Shown here in pieces: positions 1 to 9,937 of a stretch of 64,000 nucleotides of DNA; the stretch's first letter is position 1, and each line of letters opens with the position of its first letter. The notes beneath the pieces were generated by a model that was not told the origin of the DNA, did not search any database, and worked only from the letters and a program-made list of their open reading frames with translations. The position numbers were made by a program, and so were the translations under genes. The stretch is from an uncultured Bacteroidales bacterium. GTDB taxonomy: Bacteria; Bacteroidota; Bacteroidia; Bacteroidales; UBA1715. Where the stretch lies: positions 81-64,080 of the forward strand of contig CALAUG010000045.1 in the NCBI GenBank assembly GCA_937892155.1. Direction: 5' to 3'.

Positions 1-560
<560 letters not shown>

Positions 561-563
561 TTA

Positions 564-842
564 TTACAATATTAGAAGAATATCTGATTGAGAAAGAAGA
601 AGGTATTTTTCACCATCGAAAGTCAATTCTGTTCCTGCATATTTGCCATACAAAACGCTATCGCCAACAGCAACTTCCATTTCTTCGTCTTTTTTAGCTT
701 TACCAACAGCAATTACTTTACCTTGAAGAGGTTTTTCTTTTGCTGAATCAGGAAGAATGATTCCCGAAACAGTTTTTTCTTCTGCAGCTTCTGGTTTTAC
801 TAAAACCTTGCCTGCAAGTGGTTTACCTTTAAAATCTGCCAT
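564..842 (-). CDS. groES: co-chaperonin GroES
   Basis: 92 aa. KPLAGKVLVKP...EKTVSGIILPDSAKEKPLQGKVIAVG...GDSVLYGKYAGTE is the Cpn10 signature. Directly upstream of groEL. Confidence 0.97.
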   Translation of the reverse strand: MADFKGKPLAGKVLVKPEAAEEKTVSGIILPDSAKEKPLQGKVIAVGKAKKDEEMEVAVGDSVLYGKYAGTELTFDGEKYLLLSQSDILLIL

Positions 843-950
843 AGTTTTATGTTTTAACGTTAATTATTTGCAATTTGCTTCGTCCTTGTCATATTTTGTG
901 CCATTAGTTTTTTTTGAAATATTGGCAGAACGAACAACAGTTCTATATGA

Positions 951-958
951 CAAAAATA
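951..958 (-). promoter_or_regulatory. candidate Bacteroidota -7 promoter box (TATTTTTG) for groES-groEL
   Basis: Reverse complement of caaaaata matches TAnnTTTG, ~100 nt upstream of the groES ATG and just downstream of the secG stop. Confidence 0.3.
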
Positions 959-1015
959 AAAAAAGTGCCAATACTATGACATATTGACACTCCTCTTATA
1001 TGAAAACAAAACAAC

Positions 1016-1324
1016 TTATTCTTGTAAATCTTCAGCTGTAGGAACGTCTGCTGGGACATTCATTTCAACTGTAGGAGCATTATCTTCGAACATTGAGTGA
1101 GATTCCTGAGCACGTTGAGTTGGCATCAATGCTGTCAACACGATACATAACACAACCAAGGCGCCAGCCAATGTCCATGTTGCTTTTTCAACAAAATCAG
1201 TTGTTCTGGCAACACCCATTTCATATCTTGAAGACATTAGTCCACCACCTTTAGAATTCTGTATTAACACTACGCAAATCAGTAAGATACTTACAATTAT
1301 CAACAATACATTTACAACTACCAT
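1016..1324 (-). CDS. secG: preprotein translocase subunit SecG
   Basis: 102 aa with two TM helices. N-terminus LLIIVSILLICVVLIQNSKGGGL is typical of SecG. Confidence 0.85.
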   Translation of the reverse strand: MVVVNVLLIIVSILLICVVLIQNSKGGGLMSSRYEMGVARTTDFVEKATWTLAGALVVLCIVLTALMPTQRAQESHSMFEDNAPTVEMNVPADVPTAEDLQE

Positions 1325-1329
1325 AACTT

Positions 1330-3297
1330 TTATTTTTTACGTTTTTTAAGTTCCTTAACTTCCGAAATTTGGTTCGCAAAGTAAACACTTTTTTCTGGAT
1401 ATTTCAAACTCAATTTCTCATATATTGAAATTGCCTTATCAAAAAAACCTTGATGAAGGAATATTTTTGCCATCGTTTCTGTGGCATAATTATGCTCCTC
1501 TACACTTGATTTTGCTAAATCAACCGCATCTAACTCTTTCGTAGAATATTCGCCTAACATTGAATTGTTCAATTTTGGCATTTTAGGATCATCTTCAATA
1601 AATTTATCTATCAGTTCTAATGTATGAGAGTCTTGACGTTCGATAGGATGAAACCAATCATGAAATTCAGGAATTTTTTCTTCTTTTACTGGTTTGTCAT
1701 CAATCGCAATTTGAATTATTTCTTCTTGAGGGATTTCCACTTCTTCCAGTGGTTTGGAAACAATCTCTTCTACTTCTTCCGCTATTTGTGATTCTTCTTG
1801 TACTTCGGGTTCTACTGGAGCATCTATTTGGACTTCCTGCTCTATAGCTTCCTCTGTATCTTCAATTTGTATCAGTTGCTCTTCTTGTAAAACAGATTCT
1901 TCCAAAATTGCTGATTCTATAGCTTCTGGTATTTCTGTCTCTTCTCGTACTGTAGATTCTTCGACGATTGTGGGTTGTTCCAATTCATCTTGATTTTCAG
2001 CAAATAAATTACTAAAATCTATAGGTTCCGCATCTATCTGTTCCTCCACAGCAATTGGTGATTCCTCTGCTGTAGTTTGCTCCGCTTCATCAGTGGCCTG
2101 CTCAACTGTGGAGAATGAAAAATCAAGTAATTCTTCTTCGAAATTTGAAGACGGATTTTCAATCACATTTTCTTCTACATCCTGTTGAACCTCAACTTGA
2201 GGTTGCTCTTCAAAATTTTGTTGGATGTCAAAAGAACTTTCTGACGATTCTACCGCAGACTCTTCCGTTTCTTCCGCAATAGTTTCCTCTATTTTGCTAA
2301 CGTCTTCAACAACTTGTTGCGCCGTTTCTTCAAGCAAATCATTTACTAGACTTGTTTTTCCCTGTTCCGAAGTTGTTACCTGCACCTCTACTTTTTCTTC
2401 TACAGCAATTTGTTGAACCCCCATTCCAGTTTGACGTGCCTTTCTTTCGTTCATTTCGCGAAGAATTCTGTCGGCCAAAGATTCTTGAGGTTTCTGCTCG
2501 GAAACGATATTTTCTACTGTAGATTCAATAAATTGAGCAACTTCTGGTTGATGAACATCAGAAACTAAATCAGTACTTTCTACAACATTCTCAATTATTT
2601 CGTCTGAAAAATGTTGTTCCACAACTTCATTTACTGTTTCACTAATATGCTGAGCGTCTTCTACCAACTCCTCAACGTGAGCAATAGGCTCTTCCAACAA
2701 TTCAACTTGTTCAATAACTTGCTCGACTTCCTGCTGTGCAACTTCAACAACAGTTGTTTCTACTGTTTGCTCATCTGTATCAACTGACTCAACTTCTATG
2801 GAACCTAGTATAGGTTGTTCTTCTTGACTGTTTGCTTCAGTAGCAGGTCCTGCCTGAATTTCTTGGGAAACTTCTAATTCAGAAAGTTGTTGAACATTTT
2901 CTAAATTAACTGAAAGTTCCTCTAATTCCTGTGGTACCTCAACAGAAACATTTGTGTTTTCTTTTGTAACTGAAACTGTTTCTTGAGGTTCGGGAACTAC
3001 CGTAACTATTTTATCCTGAGAAAGATCTTCTACAATTTGCTCTGTTGTACCAACAGGAAGTGTATGTAGTAAATCAAACAATTTCGTTCTATCTATTGCA
3101 TAAGCAGCAACGACATTAAGTGATGCCTCCAGCTTCTTGTCTTCTCCTATATTTTGCAAACTTTTAACATACAACAATCTTGCAGTTTGAAAATAAGGAT
3201 AATCATCCAAAACATCCAATAGTTTTCTACTATCAGCAATTGTCAATAATTCTGGATTTTGAAGATATTGTTCTATATGTTTTTGCTTAATTCCCAT
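1330..3297 (-). CDS. acidic low-complexity protein (E/Q/V-rich core, ~450 aa) with TPR-like helical ends
   Basis: Uninterrupted 655-aa ORF. N-terminus (YPYFQTARLLYVKSLQNIG) and C-terminus (AKIFLHQGFFDKAISIYEKLSLKYPEKSVYF) look like TPR-type helices. The middle is extremely Glu/Gln/Val/Ile-rich. Confidence 0.75.
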   Translation of the reverse strand: MGIKQKHIEQYLQNPELLTIADSRKLLDVLDDYPYFQTARLLYVKSLQNIGEDKKLEASLNVVAAYAIDRTKLFDLLHTLPVGTTEQIVEDLSQDKIVTVVPEPQETVSVTKENTNVSVEVPQELEELSVNLENVQQLSELEVSQEIQAGPATEANSQEEQPILGSIEVESVDTDEQTVETTVVEVAQQEVEQVIEQVELLEEPIAHVEELVEDAQHISETVNEVVEQHFSDEIIENVVESTDLVSDVHQPEVAQFIESTVENIVSEQKPQESLADRILREMNERKARQTGMGVQQIAVEEKVEVQVTTSEQGKTSLVNDLLEETAQQVVEDVSKIEETIAEETEESAVESSESSFDIQQNFEEQPQVEVQQDVEENVIENPSSNFEEELLDFSFSTVEQATDEAEQTTAEESPIAVEEQIDAEPIDFSNLFAENQDELEQPTIVEESTVREETEIPEAIESAILEESVLQEEQLIQIEDTEEAIEQEVQIDAPVEPEVQEESQIAEEVEEIVSKPLEEVEIPQEEIIQIAIDDKPVKEEKIPEFHDWFHPIERQDSHTLELIDKFIEDDPKMPKLNNSMLGEYSTKELDAVDLAKSSVEEHNYATETMAKIFLHQGFFDKAISIYEKLSLKYPEKSVYFANQISEVKELKKRKK

Positions 3298-3300
3298 TAT

Positions 3301-3801
3301 CTACCAATTTGCAACGCTTTCCATAAAAATTGATTCGATTATTTCCTCTGATATTTCAGCAATCAACGCATCTTCAACATTTGACAAACTTTCCGTCGCA
3401 TCGAAATCACGATATGCCGAAAAGCTCTTATCATAGTTTTGTTTTTCGTCGGTTTTATTTACAAATTTTATTTGAACCGTTATAGTCAATCTTGTTTGTG
3501 CTGCCAACTGACTTGCTGTAACGCCCTGATATGAAGTAGAATAACCAGTTATATTTCCTGAGAACTGCAAATCGCCATTGGAAGTTACTAATGACAATCC
3601 TGCCGTTGAACGAAACTTATCCTTCAAACCTTCCGTAAAAACATCGCTTAATGTTGCCTGTTTGTTTGGTGCATGATTCGGGATGTACGATACAGAAAAC
3701 GTTTTTACTTCAGGTGAAATTGATGCACCAGACAATGAATAATTTACAGAACAACCTGTAAACACAGCAGCTATCAATATGTACAACAGTTTTTTTATCA
3801 T
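3301..3801 (-). CDS. lipoprotein, LptE-like (tentative)
   Basis: 166 aa with lipobox AAVFTGC. Size, beta-rich composition and position after the sigma-54 activator resemble Bacteroidota LptE-family proteins as I remember them. Start overlaps the upstream stop by 4 nt. Confidence 0.5.
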   Translation of the reverse strand: MIKKLLYILIAAVFTGCSVNYSLSGASISPEVKTFSVSYIPNHAPNKQATLSDVFTEGLKDKFRSTAGLSLVTSNGDLQFSGNITGYSTSYQGVTASQLAAQTRLTITVQIKFVNKTDEKQNYDKSFSAYRDFDATESLSNVEDALIAEISEEIIESIFMESVANW

Positions 3802-5054
3802 TGCAGGTTGTATTCTTTTATTTTTCTGTATAAGGTCCGTTCGGAAATACCTAGTTCCTTCGCGGCCAATTTACGCTTGCCGTTATATTTCTGTAAAGCA
3901 CGTTTTATAAATATCAATTCGCTATCGGTAAGCGACAATGATTCTTCTTCAATCTCTTGCGTGTCAACAATATGTGATTCGTCCTTGACTATTGTCGGAC
4001 GAGAAGGAGTTGGCGTTACAATGTTGATTTGGGGGTTTGATTCCATTTGAATTACATCATCGCCATAATATTTATCAGTTGTTGGTTGGTCATTAATCAC
4101 AGCTGCATATTGACCTCCATTTTGCATAATATCGTTGACTAATTTTTTCAAGTCGTTCATATCGTTTTTCATATCAAACAACAACTTGAATAAAATTTCC
4201 CGTTCCGAAGCGTAGGAACCTTCCGACGAAGCAGCCACTTTATTAACCATCGGTAAATGAGACTCTCCAAAATCTGGTAAATATTTCCCAATGGATTCTG
4301 CATTGACAACAGGACCTTTTTCAAGAATGGCAACCTGTTCGGCTATGTTTTTCAATTGTCTGATATTTCCAGGCCAACGATACGTTGTGAGAATATTTTT
4401 TGCTTGCTCATCTAATTCTATGCGTGACTTCCGGTATTGTTCCGTTGTATCGTTCATAAATTTTCTGAATAACACATAAATATCCTCCGGACGTTCGCGC
4501 AAAGGAGGAATATTTATTGGAACAGTATTTAAACGATAGTATAAATCTTCTCTAAACTTTCCTTCTTTTATTGCCTTCTGTAAATTAACGTTTGTGGCCG
4601 CAACAATACGAACATCTGTTTTTTGAACTTTTGATGCGCCGACGGGAATAAATTCCCCTGATTCCAGAACTCTCAGCAAGCGCGACTGCGTTGCCAATGG
4701 AAGTTCTCCAACCTCATCAAGAAAAATCGTTCCACCATTTACAGTTTCAAAATAACCTTTTCTATCACCGACAGCACCCGTAAAGGAACCTTTTACGTGC
4801 CCGAACAATTCAGAATCTATAGTGCCTTCGGGTATCGCACCGCAGTTGATTGCAATATAAGGTTTATCTTTTCTAACACTATTTTTATGGATAATTTGCG
4901 AGAAAGCCTCCTTTCCTACACCACTTTCTCCAAATATCAATACGGACAAATTCGTTGGAGCAATTTGCAACGCAATTTCTACGGCATTATTCAAGCGGGG
5001 AGAATTTCCTATTATCCCTAAATTTAACTTGACTTGTTGAACCGTGCTACCCAT
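3798..5054 (-). CDS. sigma-54-dependent transcriptional activator (AAA+ plus Fis-type HTH, no N-terminal sensor domain)
   Basis: Walker A GESGVGKE, GAFTGA-type loop GSFTGA, Walker B FLDEVGEL, RWPGNIRQL, C-terminal HTH AAKELGISERTLYRKIKEY. The AAA+ domain begins ~10 aa from the N-terminus. Confidence 0.9.
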   Translation of the reverse strand: MGSTVQQVKLNLGIIGNSPRLNNAVEIALQIAPTNLSVLIFGESGVGKEAFSQIIHKNSVRKDKPYIAINCGAIPEGTIDSELFGHVKGSFTGAVGDRKGYFETVNGGTIFLDEVGELPLATQSRLLRVLESGEFIPVGASKVQKTDVRIVAATNVNLQKAIKEGKFREDLYYRLNTVPINIPPLRERPEDIYVLFRKFMNDTTEQYRKSRIELDEQAKNILTTYRWPGNIRQLKNIAEQVAILEKGPVVNAESIGKYLPDFGESHLPMVNKVAASSEGSYASEREILFKLLFDMKNDMNDLKKLVNDIMQNGGQYAAVINDQPTTDKYYGDDVIQMESNPQINIVTPTPSRPTIVKDESHIVDTQEIEEESLSLTDSELIFIKRALQKYNGKRKLAAKELGISERTLYRKIKEYNLQ

Positions 5055-5104
5055 TAAAAATTTTTTTCAAAATTATAAAATTTCTCAAACAGAATTATGA
5101 AGAT

Positions 5105-6148
5105 TTACTCATACGTTATAGATGCCGTAGAAGTATTTACATCTAATTTTACTGTCCGTCCCAAATACGTCGAAAGATTTTTAGAGTCATGTCCCATTTT
5201 TATTCCATACAAAATTGGAATATGTAAATCGTCAAAATAATTGTGAATTATCTCATTCAGCGGACGGTCGCTACCTTGTGACATGCCCGTAAAATCACCA
5301 ACTACGACGCCTTTTATATTGTTTAATTTTCCACTTAATTTCAAGTTAGCCAACATTCTATCAATTGCATAATTTGCTTCCCCTGTATCTTCAATGAACA
5401 AAATCGCATTTTTTACATTTAAATCGTATAATGTTCCACCTAAACTGTACGTAATAGATAAATTTCCTCCTACCAAACGCCCTTCAGCCGTACCCTTAAC
5501 ACAATTCTCGTTTGTTGCTATAGAATTATTAGTCAACTCGCCGAACAACGCTTTCCGTAAACTTTCTATACTTTCGGTATCCGACATTCCTTTAATCATT
5601 GGTCCATGAATGGTTTCTACACCTATGTTATTGAGCGCAATGTGAAGAGCTGTAACATCGCTGTAACCAACAATCCATTTAGGATTTGATTTAAGAGGAG
5701 AGAAATCAATAAACGAGATTACCTGCACTGCACCATAACCACCTCTTGCGGCAATTAATGCCTTTATATTCGGATTATCAATTAATTTTTGAAAACCCTC
5801 TATCCTTTCGCTTGCAGTTCCGGCATAACGTCCATCTTTATTATACAGATTGTCGGCTTCCACAACTATTAATCCCCAACTTTTTAAAACATTAATGCCA
5901 GCTTCCATTTCAGATTTCGTGACCGCATTTGACAATGCAAAAATGCCCACAGTGTCTCCTTTCTGTAAATACGCAGGCTGAATATCATCGGTAATTTCCT
6001 GTTGCTCCAGCAATATTGTCTGATAATAATAACTTGTATAAATACTATCCACGTTTGTAACATACGTGTTATAGTAGTATTTTTTTGTACAACTTGTAAA
6101 AACAGTTACAAGCAGCAATATTGGTAATATTTTTTTCAGGATGTTCAT
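5105..6148 (-). CDS. ldcA: LD-carboxypeptidase (peptidase S66, muramoyltetrapeptide carboxypeptidase-like), secreted or lipoprotein
   Basis: Signal or lipobox LLVTVFTSC. Nucleophile motif GYSDVTALH. C-terminal GIKMGHD. Confidence 0.82.
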   Translation of the reverse strand: MNILKKILPILLLVTVFTSCTKKYYYNTYVTNVDSIYTSYYYQTILLEQQEITDDIQPAYLQKGDTVGIFALSNAVTKSEMEAGINVLKSWGLIVVEADNLYNKDGRYAGTASERIEGFQKLIDNPNIKALIAARGGYGAVQVISFIDFSPLKSNPKWIVGYSDVTALHIALNNIGVETIHGPMIKGMSDTESIESLRKALFGELTNNSIATNENCVKGTAEGRLVGGNLSITYSLGGTLYDLNVKNAILFIEDTGEANYAIDRMLANLKLSGKLNNIKGVVVGDFTGMSQGSDRPLNEIIHNYFDDLHIPILYGIKMGHDSKNLSTYLGRTVKLDVNTSTASITYE

Positions 6149-7393
6149 TTATTCAAACATTAAAGCGACGCGAGACAATGTCTCAGCAAAATAATCTATT
6201 TCCTCCTTGGTGTTGTACATTGCAAACGACATACGTGCCGTTCCTGGAACGCCATAATAGTTCATTATCGGCTCGGTACAATGTGTTCCCGTACGAATCG
6301 CAATTCCTTGCTTGTCTAGTATCATTCCTATGTCGGCACTATGTGCACCTGTGACTTCAAAAGAGATTGCTCCCGCTTTTTCCGGCGCATTACCAATGAT
6401 GGTTACCTGCGGTATCGCCAACAATTTCTCGGTGGCATACTTCATAAGTTCCGATTCATATTTCTGAATGTTCTTAATTCCCACATTCAAAACATATTCT
6501 AACGCAACACCCAACGCATGCGCGCCAACATAATTTGTTGTTCCCGCTTCAAACTTAAATGGTAAATCGTTGTAGATTGTTTTTTCAAGTGTGACGGTTT
6601 TTATCATATCGCCACCACCCTGATAAGGAGGTAATTTTTCCAACCACTGTTCTTTGCCCCACAACACACCTATACCTGTTGGTCCATAAATTTTGTGTCC
6701 TGAAAAAGCAAAAAAATCGCAATCAAGTTCTTGTACATCTATAGGACAATGCTGTATTGACTGAGCACCATCTATCATAATTGGCACATTATGTTCGTGT
6801 GCAATTTCTATCAATGCCTTTACTGGATTTACCGTCCCCAACGTGTTTGAGACATGCACCACAGAAACAAACTTCGTTTTTTCCGTGAATAATTTTCTAT
6901 ATGCGTCAACATCCAGAACGCCATCGTGATTGAAAGGGATAAATTTCAATTTAGCATTCCTGCGCTCGCAAGCCATTTGCCAAGGCACTAAATTGGAATG
7001 ATGCTCCATCGCCGAAACAATAATTTCATCGCCTTCGCGAAGAAAGGCTTCACTAAATGTCTGTGCAACAAGATTTATTGATTCCGTCACTCCCTTAGTA
7101 AAAATAACCTCGTAATCGTGCGGTGCATTGATGAAAGTCTGCACCATTTGACGAGCTTGCTCATACAGTATTGTTGACTTTTGGCTCAACGTATGGATGC
7201 CTCTATGAATATTACTGTTTGTGGTAGTATATGATTCTATTATGGAATCTATGACCACCTGAGGCTTTTGCGTCGTTGCAGCATTATCAAAATAAACCAA
7301 ATCGTGATTATTCACTTTTTGGTTGAGTATTGGGAAATCTCTCCGTATAGACTGAACGTCGAACATACTATTCTTTCCAATATTTATCGGCAT
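6149..7393 (-). CDS. sufS: cysteine desulfurase, SufS/class V aminotransferase
   Basis: PLP-lysine context FSGHKIYGPTGIGVLWG and catalytic Cys context RTGTHCTEP. 414 aa. Confidence 0.9.
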   Translation of the reverse strand: MPINIGKNSMFDVQSIRRDFPILNQKVNNHDLVYFDNAATTQKPQVVIDSIIESYTTTNSNIHRGIHTLSQKSTILYEQARQMVQTFINAPHDYEVIFTKGVTESINLVAQTFSEAFLREGDEIIVSAMEHHSNLVPWQMACERRNAKLKFIPFNHDGVLDVDAYRKLFTEKTKFVSVVHVSNTLGTVNPVKALIEIAHEHNVPIMIDGAQSIQHCPIDVQELDCDFFAFSGHKIYGPTGIGVLWGKEQWLEKLPPYQGGGDMIKTVTLEKTIYNDLPFKFEAGTTNYVGAHALGVALEYVLNVGIKNIQKYESELMKYATEKLLAIPQVTIIGNAPEKAGAISFEVTGAHSADIGMILDKQGIAIRTGTHCTEPIMNYYGVPGTARMSFAMYNTKEEIDYFAETLSRVALMFE

Positions 7394-8909
7394 CTTTTGC
7401 CGCTTGTTTGATAATTTCTACAGCTTCAGGATCGCATGGCTTCCCGTTCAAACGATTGAACAACCCCATCGAAGGTGTTCCTATATAACCATTGTCCCAA
7501 TAAACAGGAACCAAGCCATATTCCAAAGCATTCTTCGTTACTTCATACAGCCAATCCATTCTTGATTGATGATGCAACCGTTGTACCAACGTGTCGTTGA
7601 ATTCCTTGCGGTTGCAACCGTACTCTCCCAAAATAACAGGAATTCCTCTATCAACAAAATTAACTTTCATCATGTTGAAATGGTCCTTCAAATAGTTGAG
7701 ATCTCCGTATGTTGAATTTGGGCTACGTTCAGGATCTTTCGGATTCATGTTTCTTTCACCCCAATAGAAACATTCCTTTCCCCAATCGGCATCCTCTGTC
7801 ATTCCGGCAAATGTCCAAGGAGAATAATAGTGGACTTCCATCATCATTCGGTCTGGAATTACATCAACAGGCAAAGTCAATTGATTTGAAACTTCCAATT
7901 CCTGTAATTTTACATTTTGTTGGTCGGTAAGCACCTCCTTGATCTTTACTATACGAGTTTGCTCGCGGGCACGCTTTGCATCGAAAATTTCATCGCGTTC
8001 CTCCACATCAAATTCAGGATTGTATCTCTTTTCAATTGCCCACAATTGTTCCAACTGGGCAGGAGTAAGCTTCAAAGAATCCTTCCACATTGCCAATCGC
8101 TCCGCTGTTTTCATAGGAACGGCGTCGTCCTTCTGAACACGCATCAATCTCATTGTTTCGTCAATATCGGTTGAAGGACCTTGAATGATTAGCGTTCTGT
8201 AATAATTTCGGCCACCCGTTGCACGTACAGCGTCAACAAATGTCTGCTCGTACGATGCCAAAACCTTCATCTGTGTTTCGTTATGCACATTCGGTTCGTT
8301 GCAAGCAGCGAACAACAAACGTTCATCGTAGTCGCGGAAATATGTTGCAATTTGTTCCCAATATGCTTTCTGTTTTTTATTATTGATTTCCTGCTTGTCG
8401 GGATTACAGTTCGTTTCCAACCAACCACCGTCATAGTGAATGTTTAACAAAACATACATATCGGGATGTTTCATGCACGAATCGATAGTTTGTTTCACAC
8501 GTGCAAGCCAAAAATCCTGAATTTTGGCATTTGCCGTATCAACAACATACAAATCCCACGCACACGGAATACGGTACACATTGAAACCTTGTTTGTAAAC
8601 ACCGTCGGAAACCAAATGTGTTACTTCCGGATTCCCCCAAGCCGACTCAAATGACATATCGGGACGTTCTACTGCGGAAGTCGGACGATATTTTCCTGGA
8701 TTGTTCTCGTCGGGAACCCACAAAATTGCCTCGAAAGAGTTTCCTAAATTCCAACCCAAACCCATTTTCTTAACCAATTCAACTGCATTGTGTTCCATGC
8801 CTGTTTTGTCGGGCGGAAGCGGATTCGTATTGTAACTTGGATAATTTTGTGCATATACACCTATCACACACAATAGACTCAAAACACTTGAAACGATTTT
8901 CTTATACAT
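7368..8909 (-). CDS. glycoside hydrolase family 5 (endoglucanase/mannanase-type) with an internal ~90-aa helical insertion
   Basis: Signal peptide MYKKIVSSVLSLLCVIGVYAQ (ATG 8909; the ORF extends to 8930). GH5 landmarks GLGWNLGNSFE, YRIPCAWD, LLNIHYDGGW, acid/base CNEPN, VHYYSPW, nucleophile ILGEYG, VYWDNG. Confidence 0.85.
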   Translation of the reverse strand: MYKKIVSSVLSLLCVIGVYAQNYPSYNTNPLPPDKTGMEHNAVELVKKMGLGWNLGNSFEAILWVPDENNPGKYRPTSAVERPDMSFESAWGNPEVTHLVSDGVYKQGFNVYRIPCAWDLYVVDTANAKIQDFWLARVKQTIDSCMKHPDMYVLLNIHYDGGWLETNCNPDKQEINNKKQKAYWEQIATYFRDYDERLLFAACNEPNVHNETQMKVLASYEQTFVDAVRATGGRNYYRTLIIQGPSTDIDETMRLMRVQKDDAVPMKTAERLAMWKDSLKLTPAQLEQLWAIEKRYNPEFDVEERDEIFDAKRAREQTRIVKIKEVLTDQQNVKLQELEVSNQLTLPVDVIPDRMMMEVHYYSPWTFAGMTEDADWGKECFYWGERNMNPKDPERSPNSTYGDLNYLKDHFNMMKVNFVDRGIPVILGEYGCNRKEFNDTLVQRLHHQSRMDWLYEVTKNALEYGLVPVYWDNGYIGTPSMGLFNRLNGKPCDPEAVEIIKQAAKDADKYWKE

Positions 8910-9022
8910 AATCCTAAAGTTTTGTATCAAAGATACACGTTTTCCATAAACGACGAAAAGAAAAATGCAGTTATGGTTATTTCATTTTCAAAATGTCTTT
9001 ACTTTGTAAAAAACTTATTTCA

Positions 9023-9937
9023 ATGGCTGAAATTGATTATAAAGCAGAAATTGCACGTTTAAAAAAAGAAAAAAATGCCGTCATCTTGGCACATTATTAT
9101 CAAAATGATGACATTCAAGATATTGCGGATTTTCTTGGCGATAGTTTAAATTTAAGTCAGACTGCTGTCAAAACCGATGCGGACATTTTAGTTTTTTGCG
9201 GAGTGCATTTTATGGCAGAAACAGCTAAAATTCTTTCTCCAAATAAAAAAGTCCTACTTCCTGTTATGAATGCAGGCTGCCTAATGGCAGATACGATTAA
9301 CAAAAAAGATTTACAAGAATATAAAGACAAGCATCCCGATACAAAAATCATTACATACGTAAATACAACAGCAGAAATCAAGGCTTTGAGTGATTGTATC
9401 TGCACTTCAACAAATGGATTAAAGATAATAGAACACTACCTTAATCAAGGCGAAAAAATCTTGTACACACCCGATCAAAATCTTGGGAAATATGCAATGA
9501 AAATTTCGGGCAAACAATTTGAGGTTTGGAATGGTTGCTGTCCTATTCACCATTTTCTGGATATAAATAAAGTTCTGGAACAAAAAAAATTACACCCTAA
9601 TGCATTGATAATTTCACACCCTGAAGCACAATTACCAATTTTGGAAATTTCTGACTATATTGGTTCTACCGCTCAATTACTTTCATACGTAAAAAAGTCG
9701 GATGCACAAGAATTTATTGTCTGTACGGAAAAAGGCGTTCTACATCCAATGAAACAACAAAATCCTGACAAACAATTTTACATCGGCAGTCCTACCCTTT
9801 CCTGCCACGATATGAAAAAAACACGGCTCGAAGATGTATACAATTGTTTGCTTAACGAAACAAACGAAATTTTTGTTGACGAAGAAGTAAGCAAAAAAGC
9901 CTTAAAAGCACTCAATACAATGTTGGAATTGTCTTAA
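9023..9937 (+). CDS. nadA: quinolinate synthase NadA
   Basis: KNAVILAHYYQNDDIQDIADFLGDSL, FCGVHFMAETAKIL, VNTTAEIKA, HPE motif region. The ORF could start at 8993, but ATG 9023 fits the NadA N-terminus. Confidence 0.9.
   Translation: MAEIDYKAEIARLKKEKNAVILAHYYQNDDIQDIADFLGDSLNLSQTAVKTDADILVFCGVHFMAETAKILSPNKKVLLPVMNAGCLMADTINKKDLQEYKDKHPDTKIITYVNTTAEIKALSDCICTSTNGLKIIEHYLNQGEKILYTPDQNLGKYAMKISGKQFEVWNGCCPIHHFLDINKVLEQKKLHPNALIISHPEAQLPILEISDYIGSTAQLLSYVKKSDAQEFIVCTEKGVLHPMKQQNPDKQFYIGSPTLSCHDMKKTRLEDVYNCLLNETNEIFVDEEVSKKALKALNTMLELS

Noticed and set aside
1754-2416. Plus-strand ORFs 1754-1993 and 2225-2416 (Ser/Cys-rich)
   Set aside because: They are antisense to the Glu-rich 655-aa gene. 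GAA/GAG-rich coding sequence automatically gives open Ser/Phe-rich frames on the opposite strand. No start context or independent signals support them.
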